A stretch of DNA of 42,171 bases from assembly GCF_004010195.1 (NCBI RefSeq), contig NC_057718.1, positions 61,262,805 through 61,304,975 on the forward strand, written 5' to 3'. This stretch comes from Chiloscyllium plagiosum. Lineage: Eukaryota. The translations under genes were made by a program, and so were the position numbers. Each line of letters opens with the position of its first letter. Within the stretch, counting starts at the first letter, position 1. The notes below the pieces were generated by a model, which did no database searches, was not told the DNA's origin, and was given only the letters and a program-made list of their open reading frames with translations. This document shows positions 1 to 12,883 of this stretch, one piece after another.

Positions 1-369
1 TGTGTGTGTGTAGTGAGTGCAGAGTGTCTTAAGTTTGTGAGGGGGTGCATGTGAGAGTGTAGGAGTGTGCGTGTTTGTAAGGGTGTGTGTGGGTGTCTGT
101 GTGCGCGTCTGTGTGTATGTGTGTCCATGTGTATGTGTGTATAGGAGTGCCTGTGTGTGTGTGAGAGTGTGTGTGTGTAGGAGTATCTGGGTGTGTGTAT
201 AGTGCAATGGTGGTCACCTGTAATGTGACATGAACCCAAGATCCCGGTTGAGGCCCTCCCTATGGGTACCGAACTTAGCTATCAGCCTCTGCTCAGCCAT
301 TTTTCTCTGCTGCCTGTCCCGAAGTCCACCTTGGAGGATGGTCACCCGAAGGTCTGAGGCTGAATGTCC
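1..369 (-). mobile_element. Penelope-like element 3' fragment (GIY-YIG endonuclease C-terminus plus (CA)n-rich 3' region)
   Basis: Minus strand 369..214 translates to GHSASDLRVTILQGGLRDRQQRKMAEQRLIAKFGTHREGLNRDLGFMSHYR*, typical of a PLE GIY-YIG C-terminus. Bases 1-200 are a degenerate TG repeat. Confidence 0.85.
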
Positions 370-1749
370 ATCAGGGTAATTAGTGTATTGGTACCTCCCC
401 TATCAAATCCTTCTACCACTTTAAACCATTCACTTCAATCATGATAAATCTTCCAATCACAAGGGATTGGAAACAAAAGTTTATGTAACATGTCATCATT
501 ACTTAATTCCTTAAAACACTGAATCATTCTGTTTAATCTGTACTATGGCCCACCAAAGCCTATGCATCAGACATTAAGAGAGGTGCCCATGTATGCTGTG
601 CTGCAGATACAGTTTGACTGAGGCTCAGTAAATAATGAATAAAATTAGATCTAATCCAAAACATGATGGACAGCAGCTTCAATCTATTTCTGATTAACAG
701 TGCACTGAAAATGATTTCTGACATCTGAGAGGAGTCAGTTTATAACCTTTGCTCTATGAGAACACACTAACTCCAGTGCTACTTCTGTTGAAACACAATC
801 AGATTCCCAGAGCGACACAGTTTGCTGTCATTTTGTTTCCTTTTCTTCCGCATTCTCATTTGAACATAGTTCCTTTTCCTTTGGCTTCTGTTCCCAGCTT
901 CCTCTTATTTATTTCAATTGTTTCCTTAGTTATAAACTTTATAAAGCCAAATCACAAAAGCAATGATGTTTGTCTAGTCATTTGAAAATTAATGAACTTG
1001 CTAACTGCTGTCTGCAATTGTAATAAGAAGCAATCATTAACCCAATACATATGATCTGATCTAATCACAATGTTAAATTTGTTGGGATCGCATTAACCAT
1101 AACAGCATCCAGAGGAAATAAAACCTCAGAAAATGATAGAATGCTAATAATAAAAAAGAAAAGTTCAGATTAGCTTTGAATGCAGAACAAGATGTCCTTG
1201 AACTCATATTCTAATTGAAAGCTATTAGGCACGAGTAGTCTTAGAGTTGTCTATTATGGATAATAGTTCGAGACTAAAGTGGTATCCAATGCATATTTAC
1301 AGTTAATTCTGCTGCAGAGATCACCAATGATGTCATTTGGTGAAAGATTTCGTAGCAATGCAGTGAATATCCACTGGAAATATTCGGAGCAGTGGGATTA
1401 TGACATCAGTGTGTTTCCAACATTGTGTTTCCAACATTGATTTGACACCAGTGATATCATAACGGAATGCAATACCTCAGCCAACATCTTCTGTTAAACT
1501 TGCACAGCTGACATGCTATTTAAAGGGATTAAGACCTGCTTACAAGGTAGCTGTGAGCTGATTTCTTCTGGCTACTATGCAACTTAAAAGTGTTTAGCAC
1601 TTTCTACAATTATCTTCAAATTGCAGACACTTTCAGGGAATGGTGTGACAGGGGCTGGAGGAGGTTTTCCAGACTTTCATTAAAAAAAAACGTTGTTCAC
1701 AAATATGAGTGCATTGGTAGACATTCCTCTTTGATTACAGCATGACTGG

Positions 1750-2280
1750 AAGAATGAACAGAGGCTATGCAGAGCAGGACAATCTGTTAGAGGACAGAGG
1801 TGAAGGAGAGGGTCAAAGGTTCTCAGAAAGCCAAATTCACCCACAATGTTTGGGAGCAATTTTTAATCATGAACCTCAGTGAGGTTCAAATTTTGAGACA
1901 CCTATGCTTCATTGAGAGTGAATATTGCTGTGGCCACAACTTCAACCTCAAGTAGGGCATGGACAGCTTTGTCAGTGGCTACAAATGGACACCCAGTGGT
2001 GTGCTGGACAATGACCAACTCTGAGCTAGGACTGAATAGATTTGCAGTATCTTCCTCACTGCATCCTGTCTACTGTTGTGTAAAGAAGGCCATTGAGGCT
2101 ATGTTACATTTCATTCTCTCTTTCAAGAGACCAGCAAGAATAGTTAACACTTTCATTTGCTAAGATTGCAAGTTTTCCCATGATGTAGAGAACACCTGAT
2201 ATCAAAATACATATGTCACCTTGTGGGACTGAATTGCAGAACCAAAATGAATTTCACTCTTTCAACATGGCCATCAAAAC
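1750..2280 (+). mobile_element. Degenerate PIF/Harbinger transposase (N-terminal half)
   Basis: Frameshifted motifs MNLSEVQILRHLCF, RAWTALSVA, IASFPMM and FHSFNM match HARBI1-type LSE.QCLRRLRF, TAL.VA, IAGFP.V and FHSLNV. Confidence 0.7.
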
Positions 2281-2724
2281 AGAAATTCACCCAGTGCTAC
2301 CCTCAGCTCTACATTTTTTCACTTTTCACATAACAATCTAATTCTCCTTTGATTCCACCTCCCTCATTGTACAGGCAGTGCATCTCTGTTCATGATGAAG
2401 GTGTTTCCAATATAATCTCTAAGTGTAGAAAACTAGAGGATCTGCTGGTTCTAGTGTAGAGGAATACACATCTTGCTGTAACTAAAAGAGTCTCTATGTC
2501 TTTAATAAGATATGGTTTACTGAATGTGAGAAATTGGTTACAGATTATATTGAGATGCTAGCCACTGTTACAGAGAATTTGAGATAAACTAGATGTTAGG
2601 TCTCATTCCTTCAAGATCCAAAGCTGTTCTGCTAACAAGACAGCATGACATCACCATAGTGCGTGGTGCAAAATTAACCAGTTGCTGCGTGTGAATCTTT
2701 GTCCTAATATTATCATTATTTCTA

Positions 2725-2830
2725 CTGTTAATTGGCTTAACTTGTGCCCTCTGGTTCTTGATCCTTCCATCAATGTGGAAATTTTCTTCCTACCTACGCA
2801 ACCCAGACTCCACATGATTTTGAATACCTC
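2725..2830 (-). mobile_element. CR1-type LINE 3' fragment
   Basis: The reverse complement (EVFKIM...RTRGHKL-like) resembles the CR1 ORF2 end seen in the other CR1 copies in this window. Confidence 0.6.
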
Positions 2831-3438
2831 TCCACTGCCTGACTGGATTGGACCTCATGGGTATCAGAAAGGCAAACAGTAGAAAGATAATTTGCAGTGA
2901 CTTAAGAGTGGCAAAATGAAAGGTGAATTATTACACCAGGCAAAGCTTGTAAAGCAGAAGAAAATGTAGGATGCAATAGAAGCAGAATATGAGAAGGACA
3001 ATTCGATCTAACAATGATGGTTTCAGTGTCTCTGTTCATTGTGGTCTCACAGTGACTTAATGCGAGTTGGGTGATGCAAATGGATTTGTCCTGCTGCTTC
3101 CAGTAGCATACAATCCAATCCTGCAAACATAAGGGACATTTTTAGTGAGTTTTGCAATATTCTCTGGTGATATGGTTGTTATGTGAAGTAACTTCAGTGC
3201 AACCTTGGAAAAGTAGGGATGCTGCTTGCAGGAGTGCTAACTTTGTGAGGACAAGCATCTCAGTGTCAAGTTGGATTTCAGACTGATGAGATCGTTGGTA
3301 GCTACAGATCTAGGAGTGGTGAATTGAGCTGTTTCTGAGGTGGTGTCATTGCACACTATACAAAAATTCTGACACTTTAGCATAAAAGTAATAAGTAATA
3401 GATTTTTTTTGAAAAAATGTTTGATAAACATTAGAATG

Positions 3439-3760
3439 TTTGGGTGGCATGGTGGCACAGTGGTTAGCACTGCTGCCTCACAGCGCCAGAGACCTGGGTT
3501 CAATTCCTGCCTCAGGTGGCTAACTGTGTGGAGTTTGCACATTCTCCCCATGTCCGCGTGGGTTTCCTCCAGGTGCTCCGGTTTCCTCCCACTGTCCAAA
3601 AAATGTGCAGGTTAGGTGAATTGGCCATGCTAAATTGACCGTAGTGTTAGGTGAAGGGGTAAATGTAGGGGAGTGGGTCTGGGTGGGTTGCACTTTGGTG
3701 GGTCGGTGTGGACTTGTTGGACCGAAGGGCCTGTTTCCACACTGTAAGTAATCTAATCTA
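3439..3760 (+). mobile_element. tRNA-derived SINE (HE1-like), full length
   Basis: A-box-like TGGCACAGTGG, B-box-like GGTTCAATTCC, CR1-like tail ending in (TAATC)n. TSD ATTAGAATG at 3430-3438 and 3761-3769. Homologous copies at 7718, 11885, 25963 and 36723. Confidence 0.9.
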
Positions 3761-4914
3761 ATTAGAATGCAGAATAATAGTTATGAGGGAGCAGGTTAAA
3801 ATTGTAATTTAATTTGGAATTTCTGATAATTGGGACAAACAACATATACTTCATTCTTCTGGTTTAATACAGTGACAGACTCTTTAAGTTGTTACACTCA
3901 TATCTCACAAGTAGGTGGCCATTACATCATTTTTATTCATTTATATTAAAACTGAAAGTTATTTGAAATTGAGCTGTATTTTCTTATGGTTCCATTATGA
4001 AAACAATGTCCTGTTTTCTTTGAGCCACAGTGTATTTTCATTTTTAATGGATGATATATTTGCAAATCCCTACTAAAAACATAAAGTAATTTTTCACAGG
4101 ACAGGTTCAGCAGTGTGTACAAACCACTGAAGACAAATAAGGATCTTCAGAGGAAATCATAAAGATGATGGTAGTTGACCTTCAGTAGTCTGCAGCTCAC
4201 ATAGGAAAAAAGAAACAATTCTAGAGTCTAAGAGAGCAATATTAATACATAGTCATCTCTACTTATTGCCAGCTTTATCATGGAAAATAATCATTTTGAT
4301 TTTTATCAACTTTGTGTTTAAATCAAGGATTTGCTTAGAATGAAAAAAAATATTTTAGCTTCTTTTTACATTTACAAAGCTCTTGCATCTATTCCCAGGA
4401 GCCACCCCAAAGCTCACAGTGTTATTTCATAGGAGGACGCATTGATTCTTTCAGCATTCCCTCTCCTTTCCATTTGTAACACGCAGTTCCAAGCTTATAG
4501 CACTTCATGTTGTCAACAACATTGAGAAATTATAATGGCAAATATTGCAAACATTTAATGGGTTTTGACAGAAGTTGATTCAAAGAAAAGCCAAATCCCT
4601 CCCATATATTTGTTGTGGTGTGCAAATACTTGTACAGTTCTTTATGGGTTAACTACCAGTGTAATGACAGGCAATGCTGACACTGAATAAATACTGAGGT
4701 TGATTAAAGAAGTCAAACTGAAGGATCTGGAAGAGGCTTAAGGGAAACTTCACTCACCAATAGTTTAATCATTGGGAGGTATAATTTCACAGTAAGTTTT
4801 AGCTTTATGACAGAGTGAGGAAAGTGAAGGCACATCAAGCCACTACAGGTTTTAAGCATCTTGCTGAGCAGTACTTTCAAATTCCAAAAATAGCAAATAC
4901 CAGATTTGGACTAC

Positions 4915-4962
4915 ACCCCCCCAGCCCCCACCACCGCCCCCCCCCCCCCTACCCCAACCCCC
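4915..4962. repeat. Poly-C/G low-complexity tract
   Basis: Interrupted C runs, seen directly. Confidence 0.9.
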
Positions 4963-6599
4963 TGAAACCCAGTGAACCTATGAAATGAAATGTGCATTTT
5001 ATTTTCTCTTCCTTTTCAGTGGTACTTGCTCGTTTTATATATTTCTTTCATGAAATAATGCTGTGTGCAGCCACCTTTAACAGATAAACCTTTAAGCCAA
5101 TACCATTTCCTTTAGCACGCATAATCTCTTTTAAGTTGTGATGTTGTTGCTGCTGTGTGTAGCCTCGTTTACAATTTTTAAACATGTTCTTGTGAAGAAT
5201 TAAGCCCTTGTGCCATACTTCAATCTTTTCTTCTGCATAAATGGATACAGTTGCTCAATTTAGGGGCAATTTCTTCTTAAGAGGAATTTACCTTATATAG
5301 CAATGTTTGGATCAAATAACGATCTCCGTGCTTTTATTCTTCGTACTTTGTTTCAACTGGAAAATCCAATTTGCTGAAAAGATGAATTGACTGTACTTAG
5401 CTTTTGAAGAAAATGCCTGCTGGATGGCATTAATGATTTGTACTATTTTCTTTTCTCTCTTACTTTTGTGTGATCATTTTGCATCTGCAGAAAATTATAA
5501 GCAGGAAGCCCTCACAAATGCTGTGCAGTTTTAGCAAAATTATGAAATGGATCTCAATTGGACACAAAACACATAAATATATCGTTAGAGACTTTATTCC
5601 ATATTAAATCCAGTACTCATTCTAAATTCTTCACATACGATATTGGGTTGAAATTAAAATGGTGCCTTACAGCTATGAATTCAATACATTGGGAGTTTTT
5701 ACTTCCCAATAAAGGCAAGCTAATTAGATGTCCCAATGAGGCTTCTGTATAATTCCCATCAACCCCTGCTATTCAGAACAATAGGAAACCTAACATGATA
5801 CTTGGTGCTTTTAACTTTTGATGTGAGGCCACTGGCATTTGTCCAGTAATTGGACCTCCTTGCGGCTTTAATCACATTTTTTTAATGCATATGGAGCAGC
5901 TATTAAATAGATCTCTACTAGAACCTAAAAGTGTATTGGATTCTCTGTGTAAAAATCAATCACTTGTAAAGAACTTGGAATGGCCAAAGACAGAAACCTT
6001 TCAAGGCATGTAATAGTCAAAAATGGTTACTTCATGTTTTGTTTGAAACCATTATTTGAAAAGTGCTACTTTGTATAAGTATGAAAATCTGTACCTCGAT
6101 CAGATTGAGCCAGTTATTCAGATCTGGTTGTGATTTCAGTGGGAAGAGCACAAATAAATCAATTCCATCATAATGGAGAGAGATCAGAGGGAATTCATTC
6201 CATCTCTTACTGGACAGTTTCAGAGTGGCAAAGGAATAAATGTAGATTTGTTTTCCTTACCTCAAAGCTGGAGGCATCATTGATTAAACCACAGAGAGAC
6301 AACCATAAAAGATGGAGAGAACTTCAGGTGTGGTACCATGGGGTTAGGCACAAAAAGGTGGAATTATTCCCATTTTCATTTAGAGTGTCTTGTCTGGTGA
6401 GATCCAGTGACCATTTTTCATGCAATCTTCCACTTTTCACCTCAATCATTCTGCAACCAGGCAGTTGGACTCATTTTGTGGCACATCGTGTGTAACCAGG
6501 AAGTGGGAGTGCTTACCACTGCCCAAACCCCATCTGAACACCATTTTAGCTCGACAAGCCAGCAACAGGCAGCCCTCACTCTGAGATGTCAACATACAA

Positions 6600-7290
6600 A
6601 CATGGATGGCCCAGAACAAAGGCACGTTTGATCCTCGCTTCACAGATATGTTCTTCGAAGTGCTTCATGGACAAGGTGGTGGAAAACAGGGCAGACCTAT
6701 CTCCACCTAATGGCCATGGAACTCCATGCCAATAGGCCAAGTCAACATGCATCCGGATTACAGCCCATTCAGTACTGGGTACCAAGTGAAAAGTGCCCAA
6801 CAGTCTAGCAAGATGACCATGATCTTCAGCTCTCAGCAAAGGTAACTGCTACCATATTCACTCTGCTAACTCACACTCACAGGATCACCACTCAATCTAA
6901 CGCTGCCACAGCACATACCTCTCCTTAAGGTTCATTGACTACATTTCTCACTATTGCATGGGTCATGTCCTCTCAACCACCTCATTCTTCCAAATTCCCT
7001 CCTGCCCCCTGCACTTCCTACTCACTTACTGCGGACACCTTTCTTGCTCCTGTATCTCCATTATGTACTCCTGCATTGCTTTGATCATACTCAAACCTTC
7101 CCCGTTGCTGGAGTGCAGGAAAACCTGGGCCACAGATTGGTGTCAAGCAGTTTGGTGGTGGTTTATGGACATCATGCACTTCACTCCCAATAAAGAGAAA
7201 ATCATCAATCTGACTAAAGAAGAGCAGGATTGCTTCAGTGTGTATGGAGAGGACTCAACAAGCAACCAACCCCGTAACCTTCACTGTGCT
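6600..7290 (+). mobile_element. Harbinger-associated Myb/SANT (trihelix) gene relic, two exons
   Basis: PRFTDMFFEVL..DKVVENRADL.P..G...KSAQQS.K followed by a GT donor near 6842. Second piece ENLGH..GGG.MDIMHFTPNKEKIINLT follows an AG near 7118. Confidence 0.65.
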
Positions 7291-7717
7291 GCACTTAACT
7301 CGTCATTAATCTACACATCACTCTCTGACAACAGCATCCAGCAAACCTCCATACAGAAGCCAGTGGCATAGGCCCTCAGCTGCACTTACAGCTTGAAGGA
7401 AAAACCCTCAAAGCACCTCACTGGCACATCTCCAATGCTGGTCACAAAACAGACATCTGGAGACCAGGCACCTGCTCAGCCCCAGACAAGCCTTTGTTCT
7501 TGGCCATTAATGACTTCTTTAGACTATGTAGAGAAACACAGGGTCTATTGGTGACAGGATAAGGGCAATGATTCCAGATACCCCATCTTCAGAGAGAGGT
7601 AGGTTGTGGTCTGCATGCTCCCACAGGTGGTAGTAGCAACAGACCTTTCAGAAGCTTATTCTCAAGACTTGCCAGAAACCTTCCAGCTCTCCTCCTTTTC
7701 CTGCCAGTGCCAGTACA

Positions 7718-8065
7718 GTGACACAGTGGTTAGCACTGCTGCCTCACAGCACCAGAGACTTGGGTTTGATTCCACTCTCGAGCAACTGTCTATGTGGAGC
7801 CTGCACATTCTCCCTGTGTGGATTTCCTCTGGGTGCTCCAAGTTTCTCCCACAGTCCAATGATGTGCAGTTTAGGTGGATTAGCCATGCTAAATTGCTCA
7901 TAGTATCCAGGGATGTGTAGGTAGGTGGATTAGTCATGGGCAAAAAGGGTTACAGAGAAAGGGTAGGAAGTTAGTTCTGGGTGGGATGTTCATCAGAGGA
8001 CTTGTATGGACTTGATGGGCTGAATGGCCTGCTTCCACACTATAGGGATTCTATGATTCTATGAT
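7718..8065 (+). mobile_element. tRNA-derived SINE (HE1-like)
   Basis: Homologous to 3439-3760, with an (ATTCTATG)n tail. Confidence 0.88.
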
Positions 8066-8539
8066 CTGTGATCCTACAGCAGTTCAAGCTGAGGAGGGTG
8101 AGCTTCCATCTGAGTAGGATCTCAACAGACCTGGAATCTCTAAGCCCAAAAAGCAGCAGAGGATGACCACTCAAGTCCTCCAAACCAACAGGTCAACCAA
8201 AGAGTAGGCCCCCTCCACCTCAGCTTAGGTCGTGTAGGAAGCAGAAGAACAAAATTATTGAGGGCACTTTGGTTGTGTTGGTGAAGCATCATTGCAATTA
8301 ACTCGGCACTTTTGGAACTATATTTTCAATTGCACTATTAACATATTGGCTATTATATAACTTGCATTGTCAAACCTGCTTAAGTCACATCCATGGGAAA
8401 GTTGGCAGCTTCTTCAGACATCCCAAGGATGAATGAAATTGTAATGGCCAGACATTGCTGATCTATTCCAAATAACTGACTCTTTGACTGTAGATAACCT
8501 CAGACATCAAGGATCATTGAATCATGACATTGAGGACTA

Positions 8540-8760
8540 CAGCTGAAAATGTGTTGCTGGAAAAGCACAGCAGGTCAGGCAGCATCCAGGGAACAGGAGA
8601 ATCGACGTTTCGGGCATAAGCCCTCCTTCATTCCTGAAGAAGGGCTTATGCCCGAAACGTCAATTCTCCTGTTCCCTGGATGCTGCGTAACCTGCTGCAC
8701 TTTTCCAGCAACACATTTTCAGCGCTGATCTCCAGCATCTGCAGACCTCACTTTCTCCTC
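8540..8760 (+). mobile_element. Penelope-derived short insertion with inverted terminal segment and hammerhead core
   Basis: Near-perfect inverted repeat 8542-8630/8635-8723. Flanking direct repeat CATTGAGGACTACAGC at 8528-8543 and 8761-8776. CTGAAGA-A-GGGC-TTAT-GCCC-GAAAC-GTC at 8634-8661. Confidence 0.85.
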
Positions 8761-9327
8761 CATTGAGGACTACAGCCAAGGTGTTGCATTTTAATATGGA
8801 CAGCACTGAGATGAGAAACAATGTGCAGGGAGTGTATTGGGGCACTTACATTGAGACAGAGTACAGAATCAGTAATGATTCCACAAATCTTTGCAGAAAA
8901 TTCTATGCATTTTCTTTTCAAGGGAACGTCCTGTTATTCAAGACTGGGAACAGTACAGTGGGAAGTGAAAAAAGATGCAGAAAGCATTGTTTCTCACAAG
9001 TTTAACAATGTCTTAGAGAATGTTTAAGCTTTCAGGGTAACCTCGCAATCTACATACCCCCTGAATTATTGAGGGATAACCAATTGGAGGTTCCTTAGAA
9101 TTCTTCTCAAACTGCTAGATAGCAAATAAGACATCACCACACAGCATTCTGATCTCACATTCTTCCAAAAGCCTTAAGATCTACCTGACTTTAGCACCAT
9201 GTCATGTTAATGGACTGTCTCATTGCTTGTTGCTTTATTTCCAATCTGTCTATAAAATATGTGAAGATACATGAATGTGTGATCATCCAAAAATAGTAAA
9301 GCTTACAATAAGATGGATAAGAGTTCT

Positions 9328-9582
9328 TGGTGTGGTGTCCCTACCTCTGAGCCAGTAATTGTAGTCATTGCACAATTGACTTCAATACAGCAAGGTTCCA
9401 ACTTTCTTTCAGTGTGAGTGACTTGTAGGATCCACCTGAAACACATGAATATCCCCCATCCTTCAGTTATCCTTTCTCTTGCTGTCCCTGAGGTTCAAAT
9501 GGCCTTTCAGTCTTCCCTATGTAAGTCCACCTGCTCCAAAGGTGTGTAATATAATCTCTGAACTGGTTGATTAGAAAATACC
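9328..9582 (+). mobile_element. Short SINE-like repeat interrupted by a copy of 10832-10981
   Basis: The halves GTGTCCCTACCTCTGAGCCAG and AAGTCCACCTGCTCCAAAGGTGTGTAAT...GGTTGATTAGAAAATA look like one short repeat (recognised from memory). They flank a segment homologous to 10832-10981. Confidence 0.5.
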
Positions 9583-9899
9583 TACAATCAGATGATGCAT
9601 TCAGTAGCACAAAAGGTCAAGGTCTACAATAATAACAAGGTCCACTTGTCCTTTGTTAAATGGGGGCTGTTTACCATTTAACCAACAGATTCTGAAACAA
9701 ATAAACAAATCCAAATCCAGCTTTTTCATCCTGGAGGAGAGCTTTAATTGGTTGTCTGTGGTATCTCATGTTCGGCAAGTCCTTTGCTCTATTATGGTGT
9801 TTTGTATGACCTTCCTTTTGAATATCCTGATCCTTATTTTCATCTTCAGAAGATTGATGATGATCCCCCTTTATATCTGTATCCAAGAAATACCCTCCA

Positions 9900-10330
9900 A
9901 TTTGCCAGTTCCAGTTGCAAAGGGCACAGAATGCCACAATGATGTGGAACAGGATTCCTGGGCTATTATCCTGCTCAAATCTTCATTCTGTATCAGTCAT
10001 GGGACTTCATTCAGGTTTACATGAGCCATGTGTTTGGAAGGATAGCCTTTGTCTCCTAGCAACCAATCCTGCATTGCATCAGGAGTTTGCTGGATGTATT
10101 GACAAAGTTGTAATTATTGTCTCCTTCCATGTTGTCTTCAGTGTAATACCAAGGCTGCAATGACTCCAACAATGATGTTCTCTCTGTGAAATCTATGAAC
10201 AGATAATATGTAAAAAATGTCAGAATGACAATACAATTTTATTGAAGGAACTCCTGAGCCCTTACATCCATCACAATGAAGCCTTTTATTATGCCGACAA
10301 ATATTATTGAGAGCTCTGAGATATGTGACC
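9900..10330 (-). mobile_element. Degenerate PIF/Harbinger transposase (DDE C-terminal part)
   Basis: Minus strand gives DWLLGDKGYP (about 10075-10045), TWLM and HIIVAFCALCNW (about 9947-9912), matching HARBI1 WLLGD.GYP..WL.TP and II.ACC.LHN. Confidence 0.75.
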
Positions 10331-11884
10331 TTACCCAATTGACTGTTGTACAACCAAAGTTTTCATGCTACATTATAAAGTAGAATTCTGCCAGTAAGCC
10401 ACCAATGTAACTCCACCAGCTACCCCACCCTGTCAACAAAAAGTTCCCTTTCACACCATATCCGTATATACTTACAGTGCAGTTTGCAAATGTGGCAACT
10501 AGGAATTGTTGTCTTCCTCTGCCTATGGTGGAAAGTGGAAGGTGTTTCTGAAATGGAACTGTAACTTCCACTGTTAAGTGCCTTGTTCTCATTACAGTTG
10601 CTTAGTTAACTTGACAAAGAGACAATTAGTATGAACAATGTGATGGCCGTGATTTTTATTGTGCATTCTTGGATAAACCTGCTGATAAAGCGTAAATTGA
10701 AGCCTGGTGGTTGGCATTAGAGAATTAGTGGGGGCTTGATTACCACAATTACTGTTAGTGGGGCCTTTGATTCCAAGAAGACAAATACAGCAAGTTACTC
10801 TGCTCACTTTACACATGGTGTCAGCCATTTCTGTAGTGATTGTACAGTTGACTCCAATACAGCTTCCTTTCAGTGTGAGTGACTTGCAGAATCCAACTGA
10901 GACACATGAATATCCCCCACCCTTCATGTTACCCTTTCTCTTGCTGTGTACCCTGTGGCCCGAATGGCATTTCAGCTTTCCTTTTACCTTTGTGGCCACC
11001 TTATCCCAGAACCCCTGACTATGGAAATCCTCATGAGGTTGTTAGACCTGCACCCTACCCATGTGGAAACCAGACTTACTGTGACCTGTTCCAATAATCA
11101 CGCCTCAGCCCTCACTTTCCAAAGCTGCCTGTCCCTCCCTATTCACTATGAGGTCTCACCTTTCTATCTGCAACTGTTCAATAACACTGTCAGCATTCCC
11201 TCAATGACCTAGTCCAGAAATTCCATCCCTGATTTCCATGGGCTGTCCCAATAAGTGACTTAACATTAATATCCAAATGCCCATGTTAGACAGTGGCATA
11301 AGCTCTGGACTGAGTTGGTGGGATAGCGCTGAATGATCATGACCACAACACCCTGACTGAAGTTCCTATAATCTCTGGACTGGTTGCAATTGATCTGCCA
11401 GACTGAGTGTGGCCCAATGGCCTCGCTGCAAGGACATGATTCCCCAGACCCTGCAGGTTCAAATATCTGACTGACCCAAAGCCAATCCCTTGGACTAGGA
11501 TAGGATGACCCCTTTGACTGACCATGGTGGTACCCTATGACTGACTGTAGTTCCCCTTCACTGCACTAAGGACTACTCCCCTTTGACTATGACACATGGC
11601 TACTTGCTTGAAGCACATGCAGTGCATTTGTTGAGTAAACCACTGGCACATGCTGCAGCTCTGGCATTGTCTGCAGCAACATGTTCACAACATCTCTGAC
11701 TGATGCACTGACTGTTCAATAACAAGCTGCCTGCCACCTCTTCAGTGTTAAAAAAACAATTCGTAGAGCCCTCTAATCTTGTACTAAAGACCCTGTGCAT
11801 TAAGAAAGCAATGTGAGCCACATAGAGGCTGACAGCTCATAGCTCAGCATGCGCCAAGAAAGCAATGTGAAGTTTACAGAGACC

Positions 11885-12228
11885 ACAGTGACTCAGTGGT
11901 TAGCGCTGCTGCCTCATAGCACCAGGGATCTGATTCAGTTCCAGCCTTGGGTGTCTGTCTGTGTGGAGTTTGCATGTTCGCTCTGTATCCATGTGGGTTT
12001 TCTCTGGGTGCTCCAGTTTCCTCCCACAGTACAAAGATATGCAGGTTAGGTGAGGTGGCCATGCTAAATTGTCCACAGTGTCCAGGGATGTGCAGGCAAT
12101 GTGGATTAACCATGGTAAAATGCGATGTTCCGGGGATAGGGTGGGAAGGTGGTTCCGTGTGGGATGGTCTTCTGAGGGCTGGTGCAGACCTGATGAGCCA
12201 AATGTCTTCTTTCCACACTGGAAGGAAT
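11885..12228 (+). mobile_element. tRNA-derived SINE (HE1-like)
   Basis: Homologous to 3439-3760. Confidence 0.88.
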
Positions 12229-12384
12229 TTATGAGACTGGCAGCCATTGAGTAAGCGATAAAGTCAGTGACTTTCAAGGAAGTGAGCAAAGAGCTGTAAG
12301 ATTCATCTTGTGGTGGTCACAGGGCATCCAGGGATATTAGTGTCAAGAAGCGTGATCAGGACAAGCATTCAGTAGCTGCCTGCT

Positions 12385-12690
12385 ACCCAGTCTGAGTTAA
12401 ATGTTGGGAATTTGAATCATTAGGTTTCTCAGGGAAGGAGAGAAGAATTGGAAGTGGTGCATAAATAATGTGAGTTGGGGTTTCATGAAATGGAAATGCA
12501 TGGAAAGAAGATAGACCCTCTCCTGTTTGAGATTCTGAAGTTGCCATTTGTGACTTGAGGGAAAAATCAGGAAAAGTTTTCTCAATGTCAAGAATCAGAT
12601 TTTTGTCATTTCCACTGTGTTTTCCCACTTTTGGTGCCATTACCCACATCACTTCAAGGAGGGAAAAATTCTGTCGAAACCTTTTATCGG
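12385..12690 (-). pseudogene. Receptor relic: D6b exon plus probable TM-exon remnant
   Basis: TTTTGCTCTTTAG acceptor in phase with D6a. DKRFRQNFSL..WVMAPKVGKHSGNDK compares with IL12RB2 WMTALTAAGESSHGNER. Later hydrophobic HIIYAPLPILLSF. Confidence 0.5.
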
Positions 12691-12883
12691 CTAAAGAGCA
12701 AAAGCATTTGTTCATTATACTTATTGCAAAGCACGGAGAGATTACAGTAAGGCACGGTGTTGTTGACCAGGAATAGTTTTACAGGTGACAGGAAATATGT
12801 TGTGTAAATATATTTTTAGACTGATATGAAATATTGAAATACAACTTTTTTTTAACCACTGCACGAACATCAGAAAGACTTAC

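Noticed and set aside
3237..3615. ORFs such as CGRKPEHPEETHADTGRMCKLHT (also at 7662, 11900, 26081, 36691)
   Set aside because: Spurious translations of SINE sequence.
4100..4162. Plus-strand acceptor followed by DRFSSVYKPLKTNKDLQRKS*
   Set aside because: Short, with no recognisable homology and no linked upstream exon.
8542..8723. Hairpins as miRNA precursors, MITEs or CRISPR-like repeats
   Set aside because: The arms are Penelope terminal-repeat sequence with long TSDs, there is no repeat-spacer array, and the context is eukaryotic.
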